From assembly GCA_963798915.1 (NCBI GenBank), contig CAWCVB010000011.1, positions 30,373 through 94,372 of the forward strand: a DNA stretch of 64,000 nt. Direction: 5' to 3'. This document shows positions 21,759-32,105 of the stretch, one piece after another. The position numbers were made by a program, and so were the translations under genes. This DNA is from an uncultured Gemmatimonadales bacterium. Lineage in GTDB: Bacteria > Gemmatimonadota > Gemmatimonadetes > Gemmatimonadales > GWC2-71-9. The notes under the pieces were generated by a model. It was given only the letters and a program-made list of their open reading frames with translations. It made no database searches and had not been told where the DNA came from. How positions within the stretch are numbered: position 1 is the stretch's first letter; each line of letters opens with the position of its first letter.

Positions 21759-22285
21759 AAAGGTACATCGCCATGGCGCTGCTCTTCGCCGGCACCGCCG
21801 GCGCCGGGGCACAGACGCCCGATTCCGTGCCCAGGAGTGATCGTGCTGAACACCAGGTCATCACTGAGCAACGGCGGGTGGTGGAGCAGCAGCGCCGCGT
21901 GCTGCGCGAGGAGCGCCTTCGAACCCGTATCCAGGAGCGCTTCACCCAGCGGGTGGCCGAGTCGCTGGAGCTGCAGCAGGACCAGCTGACCCGGCTCCGT
22001 GCCACCAACGCGCGCTTCGGGGCTCGGCGAGCGGAGCTGGAGCGGAACCTCGTCCAGCTGCGTCAGTCGCTCAGGAGCGAACTCAAGCCGGGCGTCGCCG
22101 CCAATGACGACAGCGTCTCACGGGTCGTCGACCGACTGTTGCAGGCCCAGCTCGAGCGTGCCCGGATTGAGCAGGACGAAATGAAGGAGCTCTCCTCGTT
22201 CCTGAGTCCGGTGCAGCGGGCCAAGTATCTCATCATGCAGCAGCGGATGCGGCAACTGATCGAGGAGGCGGCTGACAAGCGATAG
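21755..22285 (+). CDS. Periplasmic Spy/CpxP-like helical protein
   Basis: Signal peptide; LELQQDQ and FLSPVQRAKYL (LTxxQ-like) motifs; third gene of the ECF cassette. Confidence 0.7.
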   Translation: MKRYIAMALLFAGTAGAGAQTPDSVPRSDRAEHQVITEQRRVVEQQRRVLREERLRTRIQERFTQRVAESLELQQDQLTRLRATNARFGARRAELERNLVQLRQSLRSELKPGVAANDDSVSRVVDRLLQAQLERARIEQDEMKELSSFLSPVQRAKYLIMQQRMRQLIEEAADKR

Positions 22286-22332
22286 CGGAACCAGCGCTCG
22301 TCCCCGGGGTGATTCGGGGCTAAATTGCCTGC

Positions 22333-23109
22333 ATGATCCTCCAGTTCCAGGTTGTCCTGCCAGCCACGGCTGTGGCCATGGCTATGGCCGTGCATGTGCT
22401 GGCCATCCCGGCCCTGGTCCTCGGGCTCTTCGCGGTGCTCGCGAATCCCTGGATCGCCGCCCTGCTGGTCGCGGTGGGCATCATTGCGCTCCTGACGGAA
22501 ATCAAGGCCGGTGCCTCAGGCCTTGGCATCCTGGTGAGCCTGGTGTCCCTGGGACTGTTCTTCCTGGCCGGCATCAGCATGGGCCTGGCCAGCTGGGTGG
22601 ACATCCTTCTGGCGCTGCTGGGCCTGGTTGCCATTGCGGCCGAGGTGTTCCTGCTGCCTGGCTTCGGCGTGGCGGGCATCGTCGGTATTGGCATGCTGGG
22701 TGCCGCGATCCTGCTCAGCATGCTCGGACCGGCCCCCACTCCTGGCGACGTCGCGCAAGCGCTCGGCGCGCTGGGCGCCGCGACGGTCATCACCGTCTCG
22801 GTCGCGTATGCCTGGGTCAGGAAGCTGCCAACCAGCCGCCGCTTCCGCGGACTGCTTCTCCAGGACACCATGCACAGCGCCGCCGGTTACATCTCGTCGG
22901 TCTCTCGTACTGAACTCATCGGCCAGCAGGGCAGGGCGCTCACAGGATTGCGCCCTGCCGGCGCTGCGGAGGTGGCGGGTGAGCGACTGGACGTTGTCAC
23001 CGAAGGGGAATTCATCGCAGCCGGTACGCCGGTAATGGTGACCCGATCCGACGGCTACCGCCTTGTCGTGCGGTCAGTCGTTCCATCTCAGCCAGCGAGT
23101 GAAGCGTGA
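22333..23109 (+). CDS. nfeD: NfeD family membrane protein, lacking the protease domain
   Basis: Multiple TMs, [15 protein letters not shown]-fold [27 protein letters not shown]. Confidence 0.88.
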   Translation: MILQFQVVLPATAVAMAMAVHVLAIPALVLGLFAVLANPWIAALLVAVGIIALLTEIKAGASGLGILVSLVSLGLFFLAGISMGLASWVDILLALLGLVAIAAEVFLLPGFGVAGIVGIGMLGAAILLSMLGPAPTPGDVAQALGALGAATVITVSVAYAWVRKLPTSRRFRGLLLQDTMHSAAGYISSVSRTELIGQQGRALTGLRPAGAAEVAGERLDVVTEGEFIAAGTPVMVTRSDGYRLVVRSVVPSQPASEA

Positions 23110-24104
23110 ATGAGTCCCAGTTGACAGTCGGCATGATCGCGGCCCTGATCGTGATGGGCATGATCGTCATCTCCGTGTTCTTCCGGTTCATCCCGGTGGG
23201 ACTCTGGATCACCGCGCTCGCCTCAGGCGTGCGGGTCTCCTTTGCCACCCTGTTCGGCATGCGCTTCCGCAAGGTGAACCCCACCAACATCGTGACGCCG
23301 CTCATTACCGCGAGCAAGGCGGGTCTGGACCTCGATATCAACGGGCTCGAATCGCACTATCTCTCGGGCGGCAATGTCCAGCGAGTGGTCAATGCGCTGA
23401 TTTCCGCAGACAAGGCGGGCATTCCCCTCAGCTTCAAGCAGGCCGCCGCCATCGACCTGGCCGGCCGTGACGTGTTCGAGGCGGTGCAGGTGAGCGTCAA
23501 CCCCAAGGTCATCACCACGCCCAAGGTTGCGGCCATGGCCAAGGACGGTATTCAGCTCCTGGCACTGGCGCGCGTGACGGTGCGTGCCAACATCAACCGC
23601 CTGGTCGGCGGCGCCGGCGAAGAAACCATCCTGGCACGCGTGGGCGAAGGCATTGTCAGCACCATCGGGTCTGCGGAGTCGCACAAGAAGGTGCTGGAGA
23701 ATCCCGACATGATTTCCAAGAGCGTGCTGGCCAAGGGGCTCGATGCCGGCACTGCCTTCGAGATCCTGTCGATCGACATTGCCGACGTGGATGTCGGCAA
23801 GAACATCGGAGCCGAGCTGCAGACCGACCAGGCGGAAGCGGACAAGCGGATTGCGCAGGCCAAGGCCGAGGAGCGCCGGGCGCTGGCGGTGGCCATGGAG
23901 CAGGAGTTCAAGGCGGAGGCCCAGAAGCAGCGCGCGGCGGTGATTGCCGCGGAGGCGCAGATCCCGCTGGCCATGGCCGAAGCGTTCAAGTCCGGCCACC
24001 TGGGCGTGATGGACTATCAGCGCTATCGCAATATCGAGTCGGACACGTCAATGCGGAACGCGATTGCCGGCGGAGGCAGCGCCAGCAACGGACCGGAGAA
24101 GTAG
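23106..24104 (+). CDS. floA: Flotillin-like protein FloA (YqfA family)
   Basis: [29 protein letters not shown]-like, [21 protein letters not shown]. Confidence 0.93.
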   Translation: MNESQLTVGMIAALIVMGMIVISVFFRFIPVGLWITALASGVRVSFATLFGMRFRKVNPTNIVTPLITASKAGLDLDINGLESHYLSGGNVQRVVNALISADKAGIPLSFKQAAAIDLAGRDVFEAVQVSVNPKVITTPKVAAMAKDGIQLLALARVTVRANINRLVGGAGEETILARVGEGIVSTIGSAESHKKVLENPDMISKSVLAKGLDAGTAFEILSIDIADVDVGKNIGAELQTDQAEADKRIAQAKAEERRALAVAMEQEFKAEAQKQRAAVIAAEAQIPLAMAEAFKSGHLGVMDYQRYRNIESDTSMRNAIAGGGSASNGPEK

Positions 24105-24596
24105 GTGTCGTTCTTCGGCTGGCTGATCCTGGCGTACGTGGGCTGGGTCATCCTGAGCGCGTTCCGGAAGGCCGCTGGACAGCAAGCCGCACGCAGCAGC
24201 GGTGCCCTGACCCGGGAGGAAGCCCGCCAGCGCCTGCTGGAGGCGCTGGGCGCAGCGCAGGGCCAACGCACCGTTGAGCCCGTGAGCCGGCCTGCCAGCC
24301 GGGTCGCCGTTACGGCGCGTCGGGTGAGTGCCCGGCCCGCGAGCACGGTTCAGGGCCCGGTCGACTATGACGATCAGGCCGCCGCGGTAATTCGCGAACG
24401 ACGGCGGGAGGTGGAAGTCCGCAATCGTTCCCTCGCTGGTGACGACCACGACGCGTTCGATGAGCGCGTGCGGCGGGAAGATGCGGATGATGCGGGTGGC
24501 GGGCCGACGGTCGCATCGGGCGCAATCAGGCGATTGCGAACGCTCATGGTCTGGCAGGAAATCCTGGGGCCGCCAGTCGGCCTGCGAGACGACTGA
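24105..24596 (+). CDS. Hypothetical membrane-anchored protein (position of YqfB-like genes)
   Basis: N-terminal TM; C-terminal VWQEILGPPVGLR; abuts floA. Confidence 0.7.
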   Translation: MSFFGWLILAYVGWVILSAFRKAAGQQAARSSGALTREEARQRLLEALGAAQGQRTVEPVSRPASRVAVTARRVSARPASTVQGPVDYDDQAAAVIRERRREVEVRNRSLAGDDHDAFDERVRREDADDAGGGPTVASGAIRRLRTLMVWQEILGPPVGLRDD

Positions 24597-24626
24597 CAAC
24601 CGTCGACCGACGACTGACGACCGTCA
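24590..24626. repeat. Heptamer repeat run (GACGACT/GTCGACC type)
   Basis: ACTGACAACCGTCGACCGACGACTGACGACCG between convergent genes. Confidence 0.65.
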
Positions 24627-25184
24627 ATCCACCTGCGCCGGATAGGCCTCACTGTACATCTGCATTGCCCGGTTGATGGCGTCGCGCGCGGCTTCGGCAT
24701 TCTCGAAGCCGCGCGTTTCCGTGTGCTTGCCCTCGAGGTCCTTGTACACCTGAAAGAAATGCTCGATTTCCTTCAGGAAGTGTCGCGGTACGTCGGCCAG
24801 GTCGTGGCGCTCGGTGGAGTATGGGTCCGCCAACGGAACGGCCAGCACCTTCTCATCCGCCTGGCCGTGGTCCACCAGGTGGAAGAGTCCCACTGGCCGG
24901 CACTCGACCAGGCAGCCGGTAAATACCGGCTCGGTCATCAGCACCAGCACATCGAGCGGATCGCCATCGTCGCCCAGGGTCCGCGGCAAAAAGCCGTAAT
25001 CGCCCGGGTAGTGCACGGCGCTGTGGAGGATCCGATCAAGCCGGAAGAGTCCCAGCGTCTTGTCCAGTTCGTACTTGTTGCGCTCGTTGGCCGGGATCTC
25101 GATCACGGCGGTGACCGAGTGCGGCGGCTGCCCGCCGGTCGGGATATCGTGCCAGGGATGCAGGTGTCGGGCGGTGCGCGGCAT
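24624..25184 (-). CDS. ppa: Inorganic pyrophosphatase (family I)
   Basis: EIP..NKYE, YPGDYGF, DDGDPLDVLV, DEKVLAV, FFQVYKDLE. Confidence 0.95.
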   Translation of the reverse strand: MPRTARHLHPWHDIPTGGQPPHSVTAVIEIPANERNKYELDKTLGLFRLDRILHSAVHYPGDYGFLPRTLGDDGDPLDVLVLMTEPVFTGCLVECRPVGLFHLVDHGQADEKVLAVPLADPYSTERHDLADVPRHFLKEIEHFFQVYKDLEGKHTETRGFENAEAARDAINRAMQMYSEAYPAQVD

Positions 25185-25271
25185 GGCGTGTCCAATGCGT
25201 GATGTTGTGGAGCAGAATTATAATGGCGCACGGCTTGCGGCCGGCGCCCGGCGCGGGCATGTTTCCGCCCG

Positions 25272-25354
25272 GCCCGAGTGGCGGAATGGCAGACGCAGCG
25301 GACTCAAAATCCGCCGGGGGCAACCCCGTGCGAGTTCGACTCTCGCCTCGGGCA
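25272..25354 (+). tRNA. tRNA-Leu(CAA)
   Basis: GCCCGAG/CTCGGGC acceptor stem, GCGGA-CTCAAAA-TCCGC anticodon arm, long variable arm, GTTCGACT T-loop; CCA not encoded. Confidence 0.95.
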
Positions 25355-25389
25355 TCTCCCTATCCATACTTCCGTGGCTGGAGGCCGTA

Positions 25390-27513
25390 GTGCCCGCCTT
25401 GCGCATGTTGCTTCGTCTCTCGGTGGCTCTCGCCATCACCCTGTCCATCACAAGTCCAGTCCACGCCCAGACTCCGCTGACCGGGTTCGCGCCCGCCGCC
25501 AGCGCTCGCGAGCGAGCCCTCGAACAGGTGCTGCTTCAGGCGGGAGACTCTGCAGCTGCACTACACGATCGCCGAATCCTGGCCGCCAAGCCGCACGTAG
25601 CAGGCACTCCGGCGCAGCAGGAGACCGCGGCCTATGTGCTGGGTGAGATGGCGCGTGCCGGTCTCGACACCAGCCGCATCAATTTCCGCGTGTACCTGCC
25701 CTATCCCGATTCAACCATCGTGGAACTGGTGGCGCCAACCCGGATCCGGCTGAATCTCGATGAACCGCCGGTGCCGGGTGACACCACGACCTATCTCCCG
25801 AACTGGCCGGCCATGAATGGGACGGCGGGAGACGGCGATGTGACGGCACCGCTGGTGTACGTGAACTACGGCTTGATTGATGACTACGCGACCCTCGATT
25901 CGCTCGGCGTCAGCGTGAAGGGCAAGGTGGTGGTGGCCCGCTACGGGCGGAGCTTCCGCGGGATCAAGGCACGCGAGGCGGAACGCCACGGTGCGGCGGC
26001 GCTGATTCTTTACTCGGATCCCGAGGACGATGGGTTTGCGCGGGGCGATGTGTACCCCGAGGGGCCGATGCGCAACGCCGATGGCGTCCAGCGCGGAAGC
26101 GTGCTCAACGAGAATGGCGATCCATCGACGCCGGGATGGGCGTCAGTGGCCGGCGCGCGCCGGCTGTCCGAGGACTCCATGGCGCTTATCAATATCCCGG
26201 TAGTGCCGATCGGATATGGCAACGCGGCCAAGCTGCTCCAGCCGATGCGCGGCCCCGACATTCCGCAGTCGTGGCAGGGCGGCCTGCCGTTCCGGTATCA
26301 CATCGGCGGCACGGACGAGGCATCCGCACGGGTGGGTCTCTGGCACCAGCATGGCGATGTTGCGTTCAAGACGATCACGAACACGTTCGGCACCATCCGG
26401 GGCAGCGACTGGCCCGAGGAGACAGTGATTGTCGGGGGTCACCGCGACGCCTGGGGCCCTGGGGCCCAGGATAACGTCGGCGGTGTCACGAGCATCCTGC
26501 AGGCCGCGCGCGCGTGGGGCGCGGCACTCAAGGCGGGGCACCGCCCGCGGCGGACGCTGATCTTTGCCACGTGGGATGCGGAAGAGTGGGGCCTCGTCGG
26601 CTCCACCGAATGGGTCGAATCGAAGGAAGACTGGCTGGCGCGGCGCGTCGTGGCGTACCTGAACCTCGATTCCCCCGCCGACGGGCGCCACTTCGGCGCG
26701 TCGGGCACGTCATCGCTGCACGGCTTCATACTCGACCTCGCGCGCTCGGTGCCGCAGCCGGCGGAATCAGTGACGGTCTACGACGCGTGGCGTCGGGACC
26801 GGAACGTCAAGGATTCGGCCGAGCCGAGGGTGGGCGATCTGGGTGGCGGCAGTGACTTCGGATCGTTCTATAACCACCTCGGCCTGCCAGCCTTCGACTT
26901 CGGCTTTGGCGGGCCGGGCGGCGTGTATCACTCGGCCTACGATACCTACACGTTCCAGGAGCGTTATGGCGATCCGGGCGGCCTCAGTCTGGTGGCGGCG
27001 GGACGCCTGGCATCGCTGGCGCTGGCCCGGCTCGCGAATGCCGAGGTCCCGGCGTTCGACTATGCCAAACTGGGCACCTACCTGCAGGGGCTGGCGCAGA
27101 AGGCGATATCGCGAGATTCCGCACTTGGCATCGGCGACTCGGGCCGATTTGCCGGCCTCGACTCGGCGGCCGGATCGCTCGCCGCGGCGGGTCAGCGCTT
27201 TGCCGAGGCGCGTGACGCAGCCCTTCAGCACGTTGATCGGAAGGCAATACAGGCTGCCAATGCCGAACTGCGGCAGGTGGAGCTCTCCTTTGCGCGGCCC
27301 TCAGGGCTGGTGGGCCGGCCGGAGTCCCGGAACCTTCTCTTTGCCGCCGACCGCAACAACGGCTACGCCAACATCGCCCTTCCCGGTATCGCCGAAGCGG
27401 CCGAGGACCGCGATGCGGCCCGGGAAGCGCAGGAAATTGCCGATCTGACCGGGCGTGTCAGGGTCGCGACCCAGCACGTTGAGCGGGCGACCCGCGCCCT
27501 CACTAGCCGGTGA
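25390..27513 (+). CDS. M28 family peptidase, glutamate carboxypeptidase II-like (PA and TfR-dimer domains)
   Basis: Signal peptide; PHVAGT, VYVNYG, RYG..FRGIK, GHRDAW, WDAEEWGLVGS, YHSAYD. Confidence 0.9.
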   Translation: MPALRMLLRLSVALAITLSITSPVHAQTPLTGFAPAASARERALEQVLLQAGDSAAALHDRRILAAKPHVAGTPAQQETAAYVLGEMARAGLDTSRINFRVYLPYPDSTIVELVAPTRIRLNLDEPPVPGDTTTYLPNWPAMNGTAGDGDVTAPLVYVNYGLIDDYATLDSLGVSVKGKVVVARYGRSFRGIKAREAERHGAAALILYSDPEDDGFARGDVYPEGPMRNADGVQRGSVLNENGDPSTPGWASVAGARRLSEDSMALINIPVVPIGYGNAAKLLQPMRGPDIPQSWQGGLPFRYHIGGTDEASARVGLWHQHGDVAFKTITNTFGTIRGSDWPEETVIVGGHRDAWGPGAQDNVGGVTSILQAARAWGAALKAGHRPRRTLIFATWDAEEWGLVGSTEWVESKEDWLARRVVAYLNLDSPADGRHFGASGTSSLHGFILDLARSVPQPAESVTVYDAWRRDRNVKDSAEPRVGDLGGGSDFGSFYNHLGLPAFDFGFGGPGGVYHSAYDTYTFQERYGDPGGLSLVAAGRLASLALARLANAEVPAFDYAKLGTYLQGLAQKAISRDSALGIGDSGRFAGLDSAAGSLAAAGQRFAEARDAALQHVDRKAIQAANAELRQVELSFARPSGLVGRPESRNLLFAADRNNGYANIALPGIAEAAEDRDAAREAQEIADLTGRVRVATQHVERATRALTSR

Positions 27514-27631
27514 CGATGGAGTCTGAATAACCCTTCATAAAAAGTTCGCCGGAGATTAAAGGCGCAACGCGTATCCTTGTCTCATAGCCATGGACCCGCC
27601 CGCCGGGCGTTCTGACTCGAGGAGACCAGGA

Positions 27632-28651
27632 ATGACGTTGCGCCGCCGCACATTCGCCAGCATCTGCGCCACGATGGCCGTTGCCGCTCTCGCCATCATC
27701 GTGCTCGCCGGCGCTCATCATACCCCCAGCGTGGAAGTGGTGGACTTTGGCCGGACACCGCACCCGACAACGCCCGTCTACCAGGCCGCCATTGCTCCGC
27801 CTTCGTCTGCGGCCATCAAGGAATTTCACATTCCGATCACCCACGGGCGCATCGAAATCGCGCCAGGCAAGATGTACGAAGGGTGGCTCTTTGGAGGGAC
27901 CGTCCCGGGCCCGATCCTGCGGGTTCGCCAGGGCGATCGTGTTCGCATTGTGGTCACCAACGACAGCCCGATGCCGCATTCGATCGACCTGCATGCCGCC
28001 CGTATTCCCATGAACGACGCGTTTGGCCCCATCCTGCCCGGCGCGTCCAAGTCCTTCGAGTTCACGGCCAATGATCCGGGCGCATTCATGGTTCACTGCG
28101 GCACCGTGCCCGTGATGACCCACATCATGAACGGGATGTACTTCGCCATCATCGTGGACCCGGCAGGCGGGTGGGGGACCACGGTCGACAAGGAATTCGT
28201 CGTCATCCAGAGCGAGTTCTACGCCCATGCCGACTCGGCGACCGAGGTGCTGACGATGGACCGGCAGGCGGCGGCACGGCGGGACCCGAGTTACGTGGTT
28301 TTCAATGGCAAGGCGTTCCAGTACAAGCAGCATCCGCTGCAGGTCACCGAAGGCGATCATGTCCGGTTTTTCGTGGTGAACGCCGGGCCCAATTTCACCA
28401 GCGATTTCCATATTGTTGGCGCCATGTTCGACCGCGTCTATCCGGACGGGCACCCGGCGCATTCCCTGGAAGGCGTCCAGACCTGGCCGGTACCGGCCGG
28501 TGGCGGCGCGGTGTTCGAGACGTCGTTCGAAAAGGGGAAGAGCGGCGTGGGCACGTACGCGTTCGTTACCCATGCCTTCGCTGACGCCGAGAAGGGCGCG
28601 CTTGGCCTGATCGAGGTGCGCGCGGCTGATGCCGCGGTGGCGATGCACTAG
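27632..28651 (+). CDS. nirK: Copper-containing nitrite reductase (two-cupredoxin NirK type)
   Basis: HSIDLH, HCGTVPVMTHIMNGM (type 1 Cu C/H/M), SDFHIVG and YAFVTH; N-terminal export signal. Confidence 0.8.
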   Translation: MTLRRRTFASICATMAVAALAIIVLAGAHHTPSVEVVDFGRTPHPTTPVYQAAIAPPSSAAIKEFHIPITHGRIEIAPGKMYEGWLFGGTVPGPILRVRQGDRVRIVVTNDSPMPHSIDLHAARIPMNDAFGPILPGASKSFEFTANDPGAFMVHCGTVPVMTHIMNGMYFAIIVDPAGGWGTTVDKEFVVIQSEFYAHADSATEVLTMDRQAAARRDPSYVVFNGKAFQYKQHPLQVTEGDHVRFFVVNAGPNFTSDFHIVGAMFDRVYPDGHPAHSLEGVQTWPVPAGGGAVFETSFEKGKSGVGTYAFVTHAFADAEKGALGLIEVRAADAAVAMH

Positions 28652-28659
28652 CGGGAGAT

Positions 28660-28739
28660 GGTCGTGGGTCGTCGGTCGTCAGTCGTCAGTCTTCCAGCAC
28701 CACCGAAGACCGTCGACCGATGACCGATGACCTTTCGAC
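28660..28739. repeat. Inverted heptamer arrays (hairpin) between nirK and murB
   Basis: GTCGTCGGTCGTCAGTCGTCAGTCTTC ... GAAGACCGTCGACCGATGACCGATGAC. Confidence 0.75.
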
Positions 28740-28741
28740 TC

Positions 28742-29702
28742 TCAGAATTCTCCGATGAAGCCGATTTCCGGTTCGAGTTGCTGTCCGAACCGGTCCCGGA
28801 CGGCCGACTGCGCATGCGTGATGAGGCGGCGCACGTCGGCCGCCTTGGCAGCGCCCAGGTTGACCATGATGTTGGCGTGAATGTGCGAAATCTGCGCGTC
28901 ACCCATCCGATGCCCCTTCAGTCCACACTGATCGACCAGTCGGCCGGCGCCGACGCCTTCGATCTTCTTGAAGATCGATCCGGCGCTGGGATGGATCTCG
29001 AGCCAGGGATGGCGGGCGCCCCGCCAGCTCAGGTTCTCCTGGATGATCCTGTGCATCGTATCAGGGTCGCCGCGCTCGAGCTGGAATCGGACCCTGAGGA
29101 TGACGTCGTCGGTATGGTGAAAGATGGAATCATCGTACCCGAACGCCACATAGTCCGCCTCCACCGTCCGGTACTCGCCGGCTGCTGAGAGCATGTCGCA
29201 GTTCCGGAACACTTCGGCGATGAACATGGTACGCTCGCGTTCGGGCGCCGGCGAGAGGAAGTGCAGGTTCTGCCAGATTGCCCCTCCGACCGTGCTGGGA
29301 ATGCCCACGTAATGCTCAAAGCCAGACCAGCCGCGTCGCACTGCGTCGTGGATGAGCGTCGCTCATGATCACGCCACTGCCCACCGTGACGCCGCCGTCG
29401 TCGGTCCAGTCGGCGGTGTTGGCGCGATTCTGGACCACCAGCCCGCGAAACCCGCGGTCGCCAATGAGGATGTTGGCGCCGAGGCCCAGCACGAAGCAGG
29501 GCAGCTCGGCGGCGCGAGCGGCGAGCACCGCCTGGGCGAGGTCTTCGGGAGTCGCGGCCCGGTACAGCAGGTCCGCCGGCCCACCGATGCGAAAGGTGGT
29601 GAGTGGCGCCAACGGCACGTTCCGTTGCAGGTGCGCGGGGGACAGCCCGTGTTCCGCCGGGTCGAACCGGCGCACTCGTTCGGCAAGCGACGCAGTGGGC
29701 AA
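28742..29702 (-). CDS. murB: UDP-N-acetylenolpyruvoylglucosamine reductase MurB (frameshift near 29355)
   Basis: N-half TTFRIGGPAD, LGLGANIL; C-half GIPSTVGGA, PSAGSIFK, HANIMVN, LEPEI; the halves are in different frames. Confidence 0.92.
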
Positions 29703-29785
29703 GACGGCACTCCGATGGAGAGTGAATGTATCGGGGAAGTTATCCGGTCCCGCTCGACACGGGAGTCCCCGTCTATATTGCGCCC

Positions 29786-30577
29786 ATGCGTGTGACGCTT
29801 GGCGGACTGTACATTTATCCCGTAAAGTCGTGCGGTGGGTTCATGGCGCCCAGCTGGGAAGTGGACGACCTGGGCCTCCGGATGGATCGGCGCTGGATGA
29901 TCGTCAATGAACGGGGCCATTTTCACACCCAGCGCACACGGCCTCGGCTTGCGCTGGTCCGCACCGGTCTCTCCGGCCAGACGCTGTCATTGGGTGCGCC
30001 GGGGATGGAAAGCATCAGCGTGGCGCCCGGTGGGGGCGACACGGTGGCGGTCGGCATCTGGGACGATGTGTGCGTCGCGGAGCATTGCGAGCCGCATGCA
30101 GATGAGTGGGTCAGCGAATTGCTGGGCGAGCCAGCGCAGCTGGTGTTCATGCCCGATTCCACGCGGCGCGGCACTCCGAAGCGGGCCAGCGAGAGTCTGG
30201 GCCGGGTCGGCTTCCAGGACGCCTATCCGTTCCTGCTGGTTGGCGCCGCGTCGTTGGCGGACCTCAATTCCCGGCTCGATGCAGCGCTGCCAATGAACCG
30301 GTTCCGTCCCAATCTGGTCGCCGAGGGTGCGCCTGCCTACGCGGAGGACCGCTGGAGCGGGTGCACCGCCGGTGATGTCCACCTGATTGCGACCACGCCC
30401 TGCGTCCGCTGCCGGATCCCGACCATCGATCAGGAATCGGGCAAGAGCGGCAAGGAACCGCTCCGGACTCTCGCCCACTACCGGAAGGTGAACGGCGAGG
30501 TCACGTTCGGGGTCAACCTCTCGCATCAAAATGCAGGAACAATGCGCGTTGGGGATGTCATCACTCCCACCGGCTGA
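29786..30577 (+). CDS. MOSC domain protein (YcbX/mARC-like)
   Basis: LYIYPVKSC, DRRWM, FQDAYPFLL, RFRPNLV, PCVRC, EPLRTL. Confidence 0.92.
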   Translation: MRVTLGGLYIYPVKSCGGFMAPSWEVDDLGLRMDRRWMIVNERGHFHTQRTRPRLALVRTGLSGQTLSLGAPGMESISVAPGGGDTVAVGIWDDVCVAEHCEPHADEWVSELLGEPAQLVFMPDSTRRGTPKRASESLGRVGFQDAYPFLLVGAASLADLNSRLDAALPMNRFRPNLVAEGAPAYAEDRWSGCTAGDVHLIATTPCVRCRIPTIDQESGKSGKEPLRTLAHYRKVNGEVTFGVNLSHQNAGTMRVGDVITPTG

Positions 30578-30623
30578 GATATCTTCGGCAGCCGAACTTG
30601 TTCCACTCAACCTTCCGGGCCAC

Positions 30624-32105
30624 ATGTCTCTTGTAACCAGCATCCGCTCCGAAGCCCCCGAGTCGGTCGCAACGCCCTTTCTGGCGCTCATCGTCCCCGA
30701 AGGGGAGCAACCGGCGAGCCTCGAGGCGCTGGACGGCGCGGCGGGTGGTGCCATTGCCCGGGTCTACCGGTCGGGCGATTTCCGCGGCAAGCGCGATGAG
30801 GCCGTGCTGCTCTACCCGTCGACAGGGCCGGCGCGCCTGCTCCTGATCGGCGCCGGCAATCCCGCGCAGGGCGGTGGCAACCGGCTGCGGCGGGCGGCGG
30901 CACTTGCCGGTCGGCGCGCGGTGCAGGCGCGCGTGGAAGAGGCCGCACTCTTCATCACGCCGGAAGCCCGCGGGGACGAGACGCCGGAGCACGCCGTACG
31001 CATGGCGGCCGAAGGGATCCCGTTCGGTGCCTGGCGCTATCTGGACCTCAAGCGGCCCAGCGAGGAGACACGGACCGTCCTGGCGCGGATGGACATTCTC
31101 GCCGACGGCGGAAAGGCGCTGCAGCGGGGCCACGCCCTGGGAGCCGCCATTGCAGAGGGTCAGGCCCTGGCCCGCTCGATTCAGGTCCTTCCCGGCAATA
31201 CCTGCACCCCGACGTTCCTGGGTCAGACGGCGCAGGAGCTGGCTGCCCGTCACGGGATGACGGCCACGGTGCTGGACCGCGCGGCCATCAAGAAGGAGGG
31301 CATGCACGCGCTGCTCGCGGTGGCGCAGGGCAGCGCCGAGGAGCCCCGGTTCATCGTGCTCGAGTACAAGGGTGCGGCTGCGGCCCCGGTCGTGCTGGTG
31401 GGCAAGGGCGTCACGTTCGACACGGGCGGTATCTCCATCAAGCCCGCCCTGAGCATGGAGGAGATGAAGTTCGACATGTCCGGGGCAGCCGCGGTGCTGG
31501 GGGTCTTCGAGATGCTCGGCCGTCTCAAGCCCGCCGTTCATGTGGTGGGGCTCATCCCCTCGGCGGAAAACATGCCGTCTGGAACTGCCTACCGCCCTGG
31601 CGATGTCGTAGGAAGCCACCTCGGAAAAACCATCGAAGTGGTGAACACCGACGCGGAAGGCCGGCTGCTCCTGGCCGATGCGCTCTCCTACGCGCGCCGC
31701 TTTGAGCCCGCCGCAGTGGTCGACGCCGCGACGCTCACCGGTGCGGTCGTGTCAGCGCTGGGCCATACCGCGATCGGGCTGATGGGCAACGACGACGCGC
31801 TGATGGATGAGCTGCGCCAGGCCGGTGAGCGAGCCGGTGAGCGGGCTTGGCCGCTGCCCCTCTGGGACGAGTTCCGGGAGCTTATCCGGAGCGACATCGC
31901 CGACGTCAAGAACAGCGGAGGTCGCCCGGCCGGAAGCATCACAGCGGGCTGGTTCCTCCGGGAGTTCGTCGAGGGGTTTCCGTGGGCCCACTTGGATATT
32001 GCGGGCACCGCATACAGCGATCGCGATGACGCCACCCGGGTCAAAGGGCCGACCGGCATGGCCGTCCGGCTCTTCAGCGAATTTGTGCTGGGGCGTGCGA
32101 GCTAA
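30624..32105 (+). CDS. pepA: Leucyl aminopeptidase (M17)
   Basis: VGKGVTFDTGGISIK, MKFDMSGAA, NTDAEGRL, ATLTGA, WAHLDIAG. Confidence 0.95.
   Translation: MSLVTSIRSEAPESVATPFLALIVPEGEQPASLEALDGAAGGAIARVYRSGDFRGKRDEAVLLYPSTGPARLLLIGAGNPAQGGGNRLRRAAALAGRRAVQARVEEAALFITPEARGDETPEHAVRMAAEGIPFGAWRYLDLKRPSEETRTVLARMDILADGGKALQRGHALGAAIAEGQALARSIQVLPGNTCTPTFLGQTAQELAARHGMTATVLDRAAIKKEGMHALLAVAQGSAEEPRFIVLEYKGAAAAPVVLVGKGVTFDTGGISIKPALSMEEMKFDMSGAAAVLGVFEMLGRLKPAVHVVGLIPSAENMPSGTAYRPGDVVGSHLGKTIEVVNTDAEGRLLLADALSYARRFEPAAVVDAATLTGAVVSALGHTAIGLMGNDDALMDELRQAGERAGERAWPLPLWDEFRELIRSDIADVKNSGGRPAGSITAGWFLREFVEGFPWAHLDIAGTAYSDRDDATRVKGPTGMAVRLFSEFVLGRAS

Noticed and set aside
25272..25400. tRNA-Leu as an integration site
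   Set aside because: No integrase and no duplicated tRNA 3' end seen in the window.
29300..29400. Programmed frameshift in murB
   Set aside because: No slippery sequence is visible; similar single-base breaks elsewhere point to consensus error.
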